Positions 15,001-28,769 of a DNA stretch of 64,000 bases are shown one piece after another. Position numbers and translations under genes: made by a program. Each line of letters begins with the position of its first letter. Position 1 is the first letter of the stretch. The stretch is from the human T2T-CHM13v2.0 reference genome, Homo sapiens, in assembly GCF_009914755.1 (NCBI RefSeq), contig NC_060931.1; one strand, written 5' to 3'. The notes under the pieces were generated by a model. The model saw only the letters and a list, made by a program, of their open reading frames with translations, was not told where the DNA came from and made no database searches.

Positions 15001-18000
15001 ATCTAATGGAATCAAATGGAATCACCGAATGGAATCAATAGCAACAATCATCTAATGGAATCATATGGAATCATCATTAAATGGAATTGAATGGAATCTT
15101 CGAATAGACACGAATGGAATCATCATCGAATGGAAAGGAATGGAATAATCAAATGGACTCGAATGTAATCATCATTGAAGGGAATCGAATGGAATCATCA
15201 AATGGAATTGAATGGAATCATCATCAAATGAAATTGAACGGAGTCATCGAATGACATCGAATTGAATCATCAACGAATTGAGTCGGATGGAATTATCGAA
15301 TGGACTCAAATGGAATCATCATCAAATGGAATGGAATAGAATCATCGAATGGACTCAAAAGAATCATCATCGAATAGAATCGAAAGGAATCATCAAATGT
15401 AATAGAAGAGAATCACTGAATGGAATCGAATGGAATCAAATAGAATCATCATCGAAAAGAATCAAATGGAATAATCATCGAACTGATTCATAAGGAATCA
15501 TAATCGAGTGGAATCTAATGGAATCATCATCAAAGGGAATCGAATGCCACAACTGAATGGACACGAATGGAATCCTCTTCGAATAGAATCGACCGGAATC
15601 ATCAAATGGAATAGAAGAGAATCATCATCGAATAGAATCAAATGGAATCGTCAACGAATGGAATCAAATGGAATAATCATCGAATGGATTTATATGGAAT
15701 CATCATAGAATGGAATTGAATGGAATCGTCTTCGAATGGAATCGAATGTAATCATCATCAAATGGAATCAAATGGAATCATCAAATGTACTCGAATGGAG
15801 TCACCATCAAATGTAATTGAATGGAATCATCAAATGGACTCGAGTGGAATGATCGTCAAATGAAATCTAATGGAATCATCGAATGGACATGAATGGAATC
15901 ATCACTGAATGGAATCAAATGGAATCATTGAAGGGAATGAGATGGAATCATCATCGAATGGAATCAAATAGAAGCATTGAATGAAATCAAGCAGAATCAT
16001 AGGCGAACAGAATCGAATGGAATCATCATCAAATGGACTCGAATGGAAACATAGTGGAATGGAATCAAGTTGAATCATCATCCAATGGAATCAAATGGAA
16101 ACATCATCGAATTGAATCAAATGGAATCATCATGGAATTGAATCGAATGGCTCATCATCAAATGGAATCGAATGGAATCATTGAATGGAATCATCGAATG
16201 GAATCGAATGGATTCATCATCTAATGGAATCGAATGGAACCATCGAATGAAATCGAATGGAATCATCTTCGAATGGAATCGAATGGAATTATCATCAAAT
16301 GGAATCTAATGGAATCATCAACACAGGGAATCAAAAGGAATCATCATCGAATGTAATTGAATGGAATCATCAATGAATGGAATCAAATGGAATGATCATT
16401 GAAAGGAATTGTAGGGAATCATTGAAAAGAATCGAATGGAATCATCAAATGGAATCAAATGGAATCATCATTGAATGTAATCGAATGAAATCGTCAAATG
16501 GACAGGAATGTAATAATTTAATGGACTCGAATGGAATCATTAAATGGAACTGAACGGAATCATCGATTGAACTCGAATGGAATCATCATCAAATGGAATC
16601 GGATGGAATCATCGAAGGGAGTTGAATGGAATAATCGAACGGATTCGAATGGAAACAGCATCGAATGGAATCGAACTGAATCATTCAATGTACTCGAATG
16701 GAATCATCATTGAATGGAATCAAATGAAATCATCATCAGATGGAATCAAATGGAATCATCACTGAACAGAATCGAATGGAATCATCCAATGGACTCCAAT
16801 GGAATAATCGAATGGACTCGAATGGAATCATAGAATGGAATCGAACGGAATCATCGAATGCACTCGAATGGAATCATCATCAAATGGAATCGGATGGAAT
16901 CAATGAAGGGACTCGAATGGAATCATCGAATGGACTCGAATGGGATCATCAAGGAATGGAATCAAATGGAATTATTGAATGGAATCGAATGGAATCATTA
17001 TCAAATGAAATTGAATACAAGCATCGAATGGAATCGAATGGAATCATAGAATGGAATCAGACAGAATCATCATTGAATGGAATCGAATAGAAGCATCGAA
17101 TGAAATCGAATGGAATCATCATCAAACGGACTCGTATGGAATCATCATTGAATGAACTCGAATGGAAACATTATCGAATGGAATCCAATGGAATCATCAT
17201 CGAATGGAATCGAATGGAAACATCATCTAATTGAATCAAATAGAATCATCACGGAATTGAATCGAATTGCTCACCGTCAAATGGAATCAAATGGAATCAT
17301 CAAATGGAATCATCATCGAATGAAATCGAATGGAGTCATCATTGAATGGAATAAAATGGAATCATCCAATGGAAGAGAATTGAATCATTATCAAATGGAA
17401 TCAAATAGAATAATTGAATGAACTCGAATGGAATCATCAACGAATAGAATCGAATGGAGTCAACATCGAATGGAATCGAATGGAATCATCATCGAATGGA
17501 ATCGAATGGAATCATCATCAAATGGAATCGAATGGAATCATCCAATATAATAGAATTGAATCAGCATCGCATGGAATCGAATAGAATCATCGAATGAAAT
17601 CAAATGGAATCATCATCGAATGGAATCGAATCATCAATGAACAGAATCGAATGGAATCATAGAATGGAATCCAATGTAATCATCATCGAATTGAACCCAA
17701 TGGAATCATTGAATGGACTCGAATGGAATGATCATCAAATGGAATTGAAAGGTATCATCAAATGGACTTGAATGGAATCATTGAATGGACTCGAATGGAA
17801 TCATCATCGAATGAAATCTAATGGAATCACCAAATGGACACGAATGGAATCATCATCTAATAGCATCAAATGGAATCATCGAATGGACTCGAATGGAATA
17901 TCATCGAATGGAATTAAAAGCAATCATCGAATGGACTCCAATGGAATTATCGAATGGACTCTAATGAAATCACTATCGAATGTACTCAAATGGAATGATC

Positions 18001-21000
18001 GAATGGTGTCAAATGGAATCATCAATGGGACTCAAATGGAATTATCAAATATCCTCAAATGGAATCATTATCGAATGGAATCAAATGGAATCATCAAATG
18101 GAATCAAATGGAATTATTGAATGCAATTGATCAGAATCATCATCGAATGGAATCAAATGGAATCATCCAATGGAATCGAATGCAGTCATCATCAAATGGA
18201 ATCAAGTGGAATCATCATTGAATAGAAACGAATGGAATCATCGAACGGAAGTGAATGGAATCATCGTCGAGTATAATCGAATGGAATAATCGAATGGAAT
18301 CAAGTGGAATCATCGAATGGAATTGAATTGAATCAGCATTGAAATATATTGAATGGAATCATCATAGAATAGAATCGAATGGTATCATAGAATGGAATCA
18401 TCGAATGGAATTAAATGGAATCAGCATCGAACAATATCGAATGGAATCATCATAGAATAGAATCGAATGGAATCATAGTATGGAATCATCATCAAATGGA
18501 GTCCAGTGGAATCATCAAGTGGACTCGAATGGAATCTTCATAGAATGGAATTGAATGGAATCATCGAATGGAATCGAATGGAATCATCATCAAATGGAAC
18601 CAAATGGTATCATTGAATGCACTCTAATGGAGTCATCATTGAATGGTATCGAATGGTACCATCGAATGGAATCGAATGGAATAATCTTCAATTGGCATAA
18701 AAAGGAATCACCGAATGGACTCGAATGGAATAATCATCGAAAGGAATCGAATGGAATCAACCAATGGAATCGAATTGAATCATCACTGAATGGACTAGAA
18801 AGGAATCATCTTCATATGGAATCGAATGGAATCAATGAAATGGAATCGAATGGAATCATCATCGAATGGAATCAAATGGAATCATCATCGAATGGAATCA
18901 AATGGAATCATCATCGAATGGAATCGAAATGAATTAACGTCAAATGGAGTGGAATGGAATCATTATTGAATGGAATCCAAAGGAATCATCATTGAATGGA
19001 ACAGAATGGAATCGTCATCGAATGGAAACGAAAGGGGTCATTATCGAATGGAATTGCATGGAATCATTATTGAATGAAATCGAATGGAATCATCAAATGG
19101 AATCTAATGGAATCATCGAATGGAATTGAACGGAATCATCATCGAATAAATTGAATGAAATCATCGAATGGTCTCGAATGGAATTATTATCACATGGAAA
19201 CGAAAGTATCCATTGAAAAGAATCGAATGGAATAATCATCGAATGGACTCGAATGGAATCATCATCAAATGGAATCGAAAGGAATTATTGAATGGAATCA
19301 AATAGAATCATTGAATGGACTCGAATGGATTCATCGAATGGAATAGAATGGAATGATCAATGAACACGAAAGGAATCATCATTGAATGGAATCGAATGGA
19401 ATCATCGAATGGAATCAAACGGAATCATCATCGAATGGAATCAAATGGAATCATCATCGAATGGAATCGAAAAGAATCATCATCAAATGAATTTGAATGT
19501 AAGCATCATTGAATGGAATCCAAAGGAATCATCATTGAATGGGACCAAATGGAATCATAATCGAATGGAACTGAAAGGAGTCATCATTTAATGGATTCTG
19601 ATGGAATCATCATCGAAAGGAATCGAATGAAATCATCATCTAATGGAATCTATTGGTATCATCTAATGGAATTGAATGTAATCATCATCGAATGAATTGA
19701 ATGTAATCATTGAATGGTCTCGAATGGAATCCTCATCAAATGGAATTGAATGGAATCATCGAATAGAATCAAATGGAATAATGATTGAATGGACTCGAAT
19801 GGAATCAACATCAAATGGAATCAAATAGAATTATCAAATGGAATCGAATAGAATCATTGAATGGACTCGAATGGAATCTTCGAATGGAATTGAATTGAAT
19901 AATCTACAGACTCGAATGGAATAATCATCGAATGGAATCGAATGGAATCATCGAATGGACTCGAATGGAATCATCATCAAATGGAATTAAATGGAATCAT
20001 GGAATGTACTCGAATGGAATCTTCATCTAATGGAATCGAATGGAATCATCGAATGGACTCGAATGGAATCATTGAATGGATTCATCAAATGGACTCTAAT
20101 GGAATCATCATCGAATGGTATCGAATGGAATCATCGAATGGAATCAAATGGAATCATCATGGAATGAAATCGAATGAAATCATCGAATGGAGTAGAATGG
20201 AGTAATCTTTGAAAGGAATCAAATGGAATCATCCAATGGACTCGAATGGAATCATCATTGAATGGAATCGAATGGAAACATCAAATTCAACAGAATGGAA
20301 TCATTGAATGGACTCGAATTGAATCATCATCGAATGGAATTGAATGGAATCATTGAAAGCACTTGAAAGGAATCATCGAATGGACTCGAAAGGAATCATC
20401 ATCAAGTGGAATCCAACAGCATCATTGAATGGACTCGAAAGGAATCTTTGAATGGACTCAAATGGAATCATCATCGAATGGAACCTAATGGAATCATCAA
20501 ATGGACTCGAATGGAGCCCTCATCAAATGGAATCAAAGGGTATCACCGAATGGACTTGAATGGAATCATCGAATGGCCTCGAATTGAATCATCATTAAAT
20601 GGAATCGAATGGAATCATCTCATGGACGCGAAAGGAATCATCGAATGGACTCAAAAGGAATCATCAGCAAGTGGAATCGAGTGAAACCGTCGAATCGGTT
20701 CGAATGCCATCATCGAATGGCCTCGAATGGAATCATCATCGAATAGAATCTAATGGAATCATCACATGGACTCGAATGTAATCATTATAGAATGGAATCA
20801 TCATCAAATCGAATGGAATGGAATCATCGAATGGAATCGAATGGAATCATTGGAATCAAATGGAATCAAAAGGAATAATAGAATGGACTCGAATGGAATC
20901 ATCGAATGAACTCTAATGGAATCATCATCGAACGGAATCCAATGGAATCATTGAATGGACTCGAATGGAATCATCATCGAACGAAATTGAATGGAATCAT

Positions 21001-21980
21001 CGAATGGAATCGAATGGAATCATCATCAAGTCAAATCGAAAGGAATCATTGAATGGAATCGAATGTAATAATCATCGACTGGAATTGCATGAAATCATTG
21101 AATGGCCTCATATGGAATCATCATCGACTGGAATCACATGGAATCATCGAATGGCCTCAAATGGAATCATCATAGAAAAGAAACTAATGGAATCATCAAA
21201 TGGACACGAATGGAATCATTATCAAATGGAATCGAATGGAGTCCTCGAATGCAATCGAATGGAATCATCAATGAATGGAAGAGAGTGTAATCATCATTGA
21301 ATGGAATCGAAAGTAATCAATGAACGGACTCGAAAGGAATCATCATCAAGTGGAATTGAATGGAATCATCAAATGGACTTCAATAGAGTCTTTGAATAGA
21401 CTCGAATGGAATCATCATCAAATGGAATTGAATGGAATCATCTAATGGACTCGAATGGAGTCCTTTTCGAATAGAATTGAAGGGAATCACCAAATGGACT
21501 TGAATGGAATCATCAAATGGCCCAGAATGCAATCATTATCGAATGAAATCGAATGGAATCATAGAACAGACTCAAATAGAATCATCCAATGGACTCAAAA
21601 GGAATCATCGAATGGCCTCGAAAGGAATCATCATCACATAGAATTGAATGGAACCATCAAATGGACTCAAATGGAATCATCATCGAAAGTAATAGAATGG
21701 AATCTTCAAAGAAAGGAATCAAATGGAATCATCATGAAATGGAATCAAATGGAATCATCAAATGGAGTCGAATGGAATCATCCTCGAATGGAATCAAATG
21801 GAAACATCGAACGGATTAGAATGGAATCATCATCGAATGAAATCGAATGGAATAATTGAATTCAACCGAATGGAATCATTTAATGGACTCGAATGGAATC
21901 ATCATCGAATGGAATGTAATGGCATCATTGAAGGTACTCGAAGGGAATCATCGAATTGGCTCGAAAGGAATCATCATCAT
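1..21980 (+). repeat. Human Satellite 2 (HSat2/HSATII) array, GAATG strand on +, diverged array edge; probably extends beyond the window's left end
   Basis: Continuous ~23/26-bp units ATCATCGAATGGAATCGAATGGA and GAATGGACTCGAATGGAATCATC, with frequent TCGA sites and (CAT)n inserts typical of HSat2 rather than pure (GGAAT)n HSat3. Ends at ...GGAATCATCATCAT|AGTCTCC. Confidence 0.97.
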
Positions 21981-24334
21981 AGTCTCCTAACAATATATTC
22001 ATTTTTTAAAAAATTTTTTGAAAGCAAATGTGCTTTATAATCTAACAGTGATATTTCTACTAATGAACGTTTGTGGATCTGTTTGTACTCTTTTTCTGCT
22101 TTCCTTTCAAATGGTGGAATATCATTTCCTTGCATACTTAGATGCCTTTGAATGACAAATATTTATTTGTCTCTAAAAATTATTTTTGTGCACTTTTGCG
22201 GATTAGTAAATAGGAAATTTGCCAAAGAGAATTTCAATTGTTTTGTGATTCTACTAAAGACACCACCATTCTGGGACCACATTATGTTAATTCTTGGCCT
22301 AAAGGTGTTCGGACGTATGTTTGGACTGCACATTTAAACAATTTTTAAATTAGTTGCTGTAAATCATTAACGATTGAGTTTCTTTAAATCTGTCCAATCT
22401 CAAGTCATTTTTATTTGCCATTTCCAGGGAATGTGAAATGGGACTAATTTACCTCTGATTCTTCTTTATACTGAGGATATAAATTTTGGTCCTAGCTTTA
22501 GGGAGGAGCTCCTGTGTGATGCCCTATCTTGGGAAAATCTATGTATTTCTTTACTCTCCTATGTGATGTATGACAGTAGGAATCTGCACTCATTCATTCT
22601 GCTACATGTCCGTAGGGCAAAATCAGTTTTGGTGTTTAGTTATATTTTGTCTGCTCCCTGCATTCCCATTGTTTTGCCATTATATTTTACTTTTATTTGT
22701 GAACATACCAGTGCTTCAAATTTTTTCCAGTAATATATTCAACTATATTATGAGAAAGAGAAAAATTTTGATAAAACACAAATTTCATGTTTTCCTTCTC
22801 TAATTGGCTTCTACCTAAAAATACAGGTAAAATTTATTTGTGCTTTTTTGCTATTTCAGTTTTGCTATTCTCTGTTTGTCTATGTCTTCTCCACATAGAC
22901 ACAATTAGGGAATTTTGTACACTCTTGTGCCAACTGCTTTGATAGTAATAAAATGTATTTCTCGAACTCCTAGGTATAAAACTCAAGTATCCACAATTTA
23001 AATTCTTTTTTGCTCACTTCTATTATGTTTCCAGTCTCAATAGAAATCGATGCCAATCCAGAAATACAAGCATTATTCTAATACTTCTCACACATTACAG
23101 GTATAGATTAAATTTTCTAGATCTCCTTAAATACTATCATTTTTCACTACTTGTATCTTAACTGTTAAGTTCAGCATTTTCTATAATATTAATAAGTTGT
23201 GAAAATTTCCTTACTTTCTTATTTGTCCCAAGTTCAAGGTTTGGCGGTCCCTACCTCACCCTGTGAAGCATAAATATTGTACTATGCTGTACAAATATTA
23301 CATAGTTCATGTGCTTAGAGATTGCACAATTTTTATTTGGTTGACAATAGCTAATGTTTTCTTCTTCATTTTCTATTTCCTGATTTTTCTTTATTTAGTA
23401 TATGCTACATTATCATAAAAATGAGAACGTTTTACAAACTAAAGCAAAAGAAACCCTAGGAAAAAAATGCACAAACAAAATATATAAACATACATTTAGA
23501 CGTACCATGTACACTTCTAATTTATTTAGATTATTAATTGTAGTACAATTTTAATTAAAGTCTGTGTATTATCTGCCATCATCTTAGTATTTTTTTATAT
23601 AACAAATTGTGTAAATCAAGAAGCCTCAATGTCATTATAAACTATCTTGGCAGAGGTTGATCCCCAAGGAATAATTTCTCTCCCAAATTATGTCAATCAG
23701 AATTTCACTCTACCATAATTCTTTTAATCAGTTTCAGAGGAATCATAAATTTCAAAACTGTTCAAGGTAGTTGTTGTAGTTCAAGTACATTTAGACAGGT
23801 GTAAAACTGTAGACAGACTGATACAAACGTATTCTAATTGACACAAAAGTGTATGGGACCTATTTTAAAATCTAGACTTTAAGATGTCGTGTCAAAGTAC
23901 CCATGTTCTCCTTGTGAAATAATTGCTTTTTATTCTCTGGATAGAATAATTTAATCTTTAAATCTTCACTGTTAAAAACAAAATATTACATAAGGATATG
24001 CTTATAAAAATAATTCACAACTAGCTTTTCAATTCAGAAATATATGTGAAAAATCATCAAGCATCTAATGGATTTCAAGAAGAAATGGGATAGTAATTTA
24101 TTCCATATGCCTCAATTTTTCCTAGATTCAAGGTTTCTTTTAAAACAATTGTAGGCATTTAAGAAACTATGTAAACTAAAAACGAAATTGTGACACTGCC
24201 GCTTAGGTTTTTTAAATCTTTGGACATGAATCAATATACTTTTTAATTTTATCTTAATTAGACATTGTGAGTTCACTATCTTCCTGTAAGTATAGCATCC
24301 AAGCTGATTATCATAGATTACAAATTCAACAAAC

Positions 24335-24760
24335 AACTGTGTTCTGAGACTCTAAAAAAATAAATGAATGTATTTGTTTGGGTATTCTTAAAGCAGGAGT
24401 GAGGACACAGTGAAAGTAAGACAAGGAAGAGAGAACAAAATAAAACAGGAAAGATAGAAAAGCCAATACCACACGTGTTAAGAGGCAAGATCCTGCGTTA
24501 GATATCTGGGCTTAATTCTATGGGAAGCTATGTGGAAGATGCCTCAGAATTACATCACTGAATCCAGGGAGATTCTTCTTAGTTACCCTCACCTTTTCTT
24601 CCCACTTCATGCCCAGTATCAAACTCCCGTGCTGCTAGAGAAAGTCCTCAGCTAGAAACAGCTGCAAATTCTGGAGATGACACTCTGTAGAGTGTTAAGA
24701 ATGGTTTTCTTCCCAGCAGCTACAGGTAAGGAATAGGGGCTGGGCTATTAATACATCTGC
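24335..24760 (-). mobile_element. Degenerate ERVL LTR (LTR16/LTR33-like)
   Basis: GTGAAAGTAAGACAAGGAAG...AAAGCCAATACCACACGTGTTA...CTGGGCTTAATTC resembles the LTR16-family reverse strand as I recall it. Boundaries are approximate. Confidence 0.4.
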
Positions 24761-27509
24761 TACAAATCAATATACCCCTTATGCTCCTTTTGGTGATCGA
24801 CAATGTGTTTAAAAATATTAGATGATCAAGAAGAGCTGCAGAAAGGAGGAAAAAGAAACAAACAGCACACCTCTTGGTTTATTTTTGTTCATTTCATCAG
24901 TTTCAAGGAAAATGTGTTGGGAGTTCCTGGCATAGAGAATGTCACAAAGATATGTTTTCAATAGTGGTGCTATCCCTAGGGCAGAGAAGATCCAGAGAAA
25001 GCCCAAGTGGCTGCTGGAACAAAGTCAGACACCGTGCCACCTGTCCACACTCCTTGGCTCTGCCATCATGCTGAAGATTGGTTTAAAGGTCTGGCTTCCC
25101 TCCCCGCAAAATTAAAAGAGCACAAACTGAGAAACTGAATGTGGGAGACAGCAGTGGGTTATGCTGTTCTCAGGGGTCACCTCAGGTTTGGAAGCGTTCT
25201 TTCAAATTAACCCATCTCAGGCCATCTGCAGAGAAGAAAGGTGGTACCTAACATTTTTTCTTGTCAGCACTTGGTAGGGGTGTTTTATTGACCAAATATG
25301 TTCCCACAACCTAGTTTTTTGTAACTAAATATAGTAGATTTTTAAATTTTATCATCAAAATCTATAGACAATTTTTTATTAAAATAGGCTCCACATCTAT
25401 GTCCTGCTTTTCTTCTTATTAATTACATTGCTGTATGAAAGAACAAGACTTCAGAATCAAGAATATCTTGTCTCTTGGCATTGAATTTATACAAGGTGCT
25501 CTTTCTTTAATGCTGTCTCAAAGGGCATATTTTTACTCATTAAAAAGGAAGATCAGAATCTAGTTGTATGCACTGCTCCAACGTATTAATAATTAAAATT
25601 AGGATGTAAATGTGGTCAAAGCTATAGAAAGATTTGGGATGTCGTTTATATTGATTACTGTATAGCACTCTACAAACAGAAATTGTGAAATAATAGCTTA
25701 TATAAATATTTTGTAGCATTTCAAATATTAGAGTGCCTGAAGTTTCTCCTCTTATATAGTTCAGATTATCAATTTGAATAGTTACTCCACTGGTTAAAAA
25801 GTTTTTAGTCTCGTTTCAGTATTAATATAAAAGCAATTTTCAGTTAAAAGTGTTCCGCTTACATAAAACATTAGAAACTAGTGAGTATTTAATTACATTT
25901 TCGTATTCCTGTAATGCCTTTAGAAGATTTTCATATTATTACCTATCAATATATGTATGCTTTGTCTAAGAAAAATCAATCATATACATCATTGAAATGG
26001 AAACTTTTTAAAAGTACTTATTAATTCTATTGAAAAACCACATCCATAGGAGCAATTACAATATAATATTGTGAACATGTAAATATATATCCTATGTCTA
26101 TTTTATATAGAAGCATATGTGATTAAAAATATAGTTAATAATTTTTAAACCTAGTTTCATAAAGTAAAAATTAGTTAAACTTCTGATGATTATTTGTTAA
26201 TTAAGATAAAATTATTTTGATTTGGGTGATTTTAAATGAACAAAAATATTAAGTTACATGACAAAAATTATTTATAAAATGTTTACGATTTTTACTTTGG
26301 TTTTATCACTTTATTCCATTATTTTATTTTAAGAAGACCTGCCTTATTTAAAACACTGTATTCATCTTAATTAAATTAAATTCCATTTGTAAAAAAGTTA
26401 ACAAATGATTTGCTCTATTATACAGTGTGGTTATAAACTGAGTCGGTATCTCAAGATTTGATCCCCATTATCGTCATCCATGGCCCTATTTGTTTGATAA
26501 ATGTACTGTCTTTTTCCATGCCTGTCACATCTCTATTGCTCATTTATTTTTCTCCTTGTCCCTTATAGGGAGCATTGCCTATCTCTAGATTAAGCAAAAG
26601 TTGCATCTTAAAAAAGCACAATAACCTGCTCAAACTTTCTCACACAGAGAAATGTTTGTTAAGTAATTAAAGTGTAGATGATGATACAAAGAGCTTGATT
26701 AAATAAGATGCCAAAGTACCCTTGTGATTCAGAATATGAATGGTATTTAATGCCTTTGAAATCAATAATTGCTGAGTGACAGTAATTAATGCCAATATTT
26801 CAGAAGTTGTTCTGGTTAGTGAAATGTGTACAACATGTAAAAATTTCCGAACTCTGAAGGGCAACATTATTCTTTAATTAAGAATTAAGAATTAATTCAC
26901 ATTAATTATTGGGGAGAAATAATTTCAAGAATTAATGACCGATAAAACGTTTTTATTTTTTATTTAGAAAATTATTTTGTGCATGAGCATTACTGCAAGT
27001 TTTGCAAGAAACAAATTTATAGCAACAATTATGTGCACAAGATGAATTTAATAACATCTTGATATTTTCCACTATTACAGTTGTATTTGGTACATCTTTA
27101 AATGCCCATCATCTAAAGATCATAAATGAATCTTGGAAATCTTGTAGGTAAGGGTAAATATAAGGACGCATCCAATTACATTTACACACACATACAATTA
27201 CATTTACACAAGCATACATGCACACACGCTCACTGATACAGGTATGCATATATATACATGAATTTACCAATTGATTTTAACTAATATTTATAAGAGCCTG
27301 TAGGATTGATATATATTGTTGAAGCTGAAAAATATTTATTATATACATGTTTAAAATACACAAAGAAATAAACAGTAATTGCACTAGGCATTTGAAACTG
27401 TACTTAAATATAAGCTGTGATCATTACAAATTCTTACACTGAATAAATATCTTTATTTTTATAATATGATACATGTGTACATTTTTTAAAATGTATTATT
27501 TTTGTCATA

Positions 27510-27851
27510 GAGTCATGTCATGCATAATAATATTTCAGTCAAAGGTGGATTACATATACAAAAGTGGTCCCATGAGATTATAATACATATTTTTACATAC
27601 TTTTCTATGTTTAAGTATGTTTACATACATAAACTCTTACCACTGTGTTCTTATTGCCTGCAGTATTCAGTATAGTAGTGTAGTACACAGGTTTGTAGCC
27701 TAGGAGAGAGAGGTTATACCATATAACCTAAACGTGGTAGGCTGTACAAACTAGGTGTTTGTAATATTTTCTCTGACGTTTGCAAAATGATGAAATTGCC
27801 TATGGATGCATATGTTAGAACGTATCCCTGTCATTCAGTGATGCGTGACTG
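27510..27851 (+). mobile_element. Tigger3a/MER7A (TcMar-Tigger non-autonomous DNA transposon)
   Basis: TA|GAGTCATGTCATGCATAA...GGTCCCATGAGATTATAAT start and ...GAACGTATCCCTGTCATTCAGTGATGCGTGACTG end match the Tigger3 terminal inverted repeats (CAGTCATG...CATGACTG). Confidence 0.85.
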
Positions 27852-28329
27852 TGCTGAAATGCTCAATCTAAGTTTCAATGACCTCCATAACATTGTTGTA
27901 CTGTGAAATACAAATCTCTAACCTATGGCCTGAATATGTTTGCAAACTAAGCAGATCATGGGAAGGAGAATGTGCTGGAATCGCTGGGAAGATTTTCTCA
28001 CACTACCTGAATAATATCTCCAGACTTTGCGAATATGAGCCACTTGCATAGAGTTAAAGTAAGCATCTCTTTGCTGGGAAATTTATCAAATGGGATTATG
28101 AAGTGTTTTCAAATGATACTTGTTTGTTTGTAGACGGTAGGCCTACAGTGGCTCATGGCAATGGTTGAGGTTGCTAAGATTTGGTGGAAGAAGGCAAAAT
28201 GAAATGGCCACTTATATGGTATATGGATCACATGTTTCTGTTGAGTTACAGATTCAGCTGGCTATTTCTCCCAATGTTAGTTATTTGGAGAAAAGAAACA
28301 TGATAGTAATTTTGGGGTAACAAATACAA

Positions 28330-28760
28330 TATTTGATGAAAGCAAATTTATTGAGGGTTAGACAAACTACAAGATAATTTAGGCTGCAAAGTCAACACGA
28401 GGCTTCTGGCCCAAATTGTGCAGAGTTTGGGTCCAGCTGCAAAGTTCAAAGGAAGAGGCCATATAAGATGATTCGCATTTTTGTCACCAACTGCCAGTTC
28501 AGGGGTTTCCCCAGAACACCCTCAGTTTCAAGAATTTACTAAAAAGACTCACAGAACTCATTGAATGCCATTGTACTCATAGTTTATAATAGAGAAAGGG
28601 TAGAAATTAGGACCAACCAAAGGAAGAGACATTTCACATAAGGTGGAATCTAGGAGGATTTTGAATGTTAATTTTCCATTGTCTTCAGGACATATTACCT
28701 GTCATTGTTGTACAGCAATAAACATGGAGTACTACCAACCTGGGGAGCTCACCTGATGCT
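28330..28760. mobile_element. MER21-family LTR fragment
   Basis: CACCAACTGCCAGTTCAGGGG...CACCCTCAGTTTCAAGAATTTACTAAAAAGACTCACAGAACTCA matches the MER21 core. Left boundary uncertain. Confidence 0.65.
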
Positions 28761-28769
28761 AAAAAGACA

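Noticed and set aside
32-22040. Dozens of 60-165 aa ORFs (MESNGIIEWNRMESS…)
   Set aside because: These are translations of the HSat2 repeat. The GAATG strand is stop-poor in some frames, the ORFs overlap in all frames, and there is no gene structure.
24050-24078. AATCATCAAGCATCTAATGGATTTC, a short HSat2-like stretch outside the array
   Set aside because: Too short and degenerate; expected by chance in AT-rich DNA.
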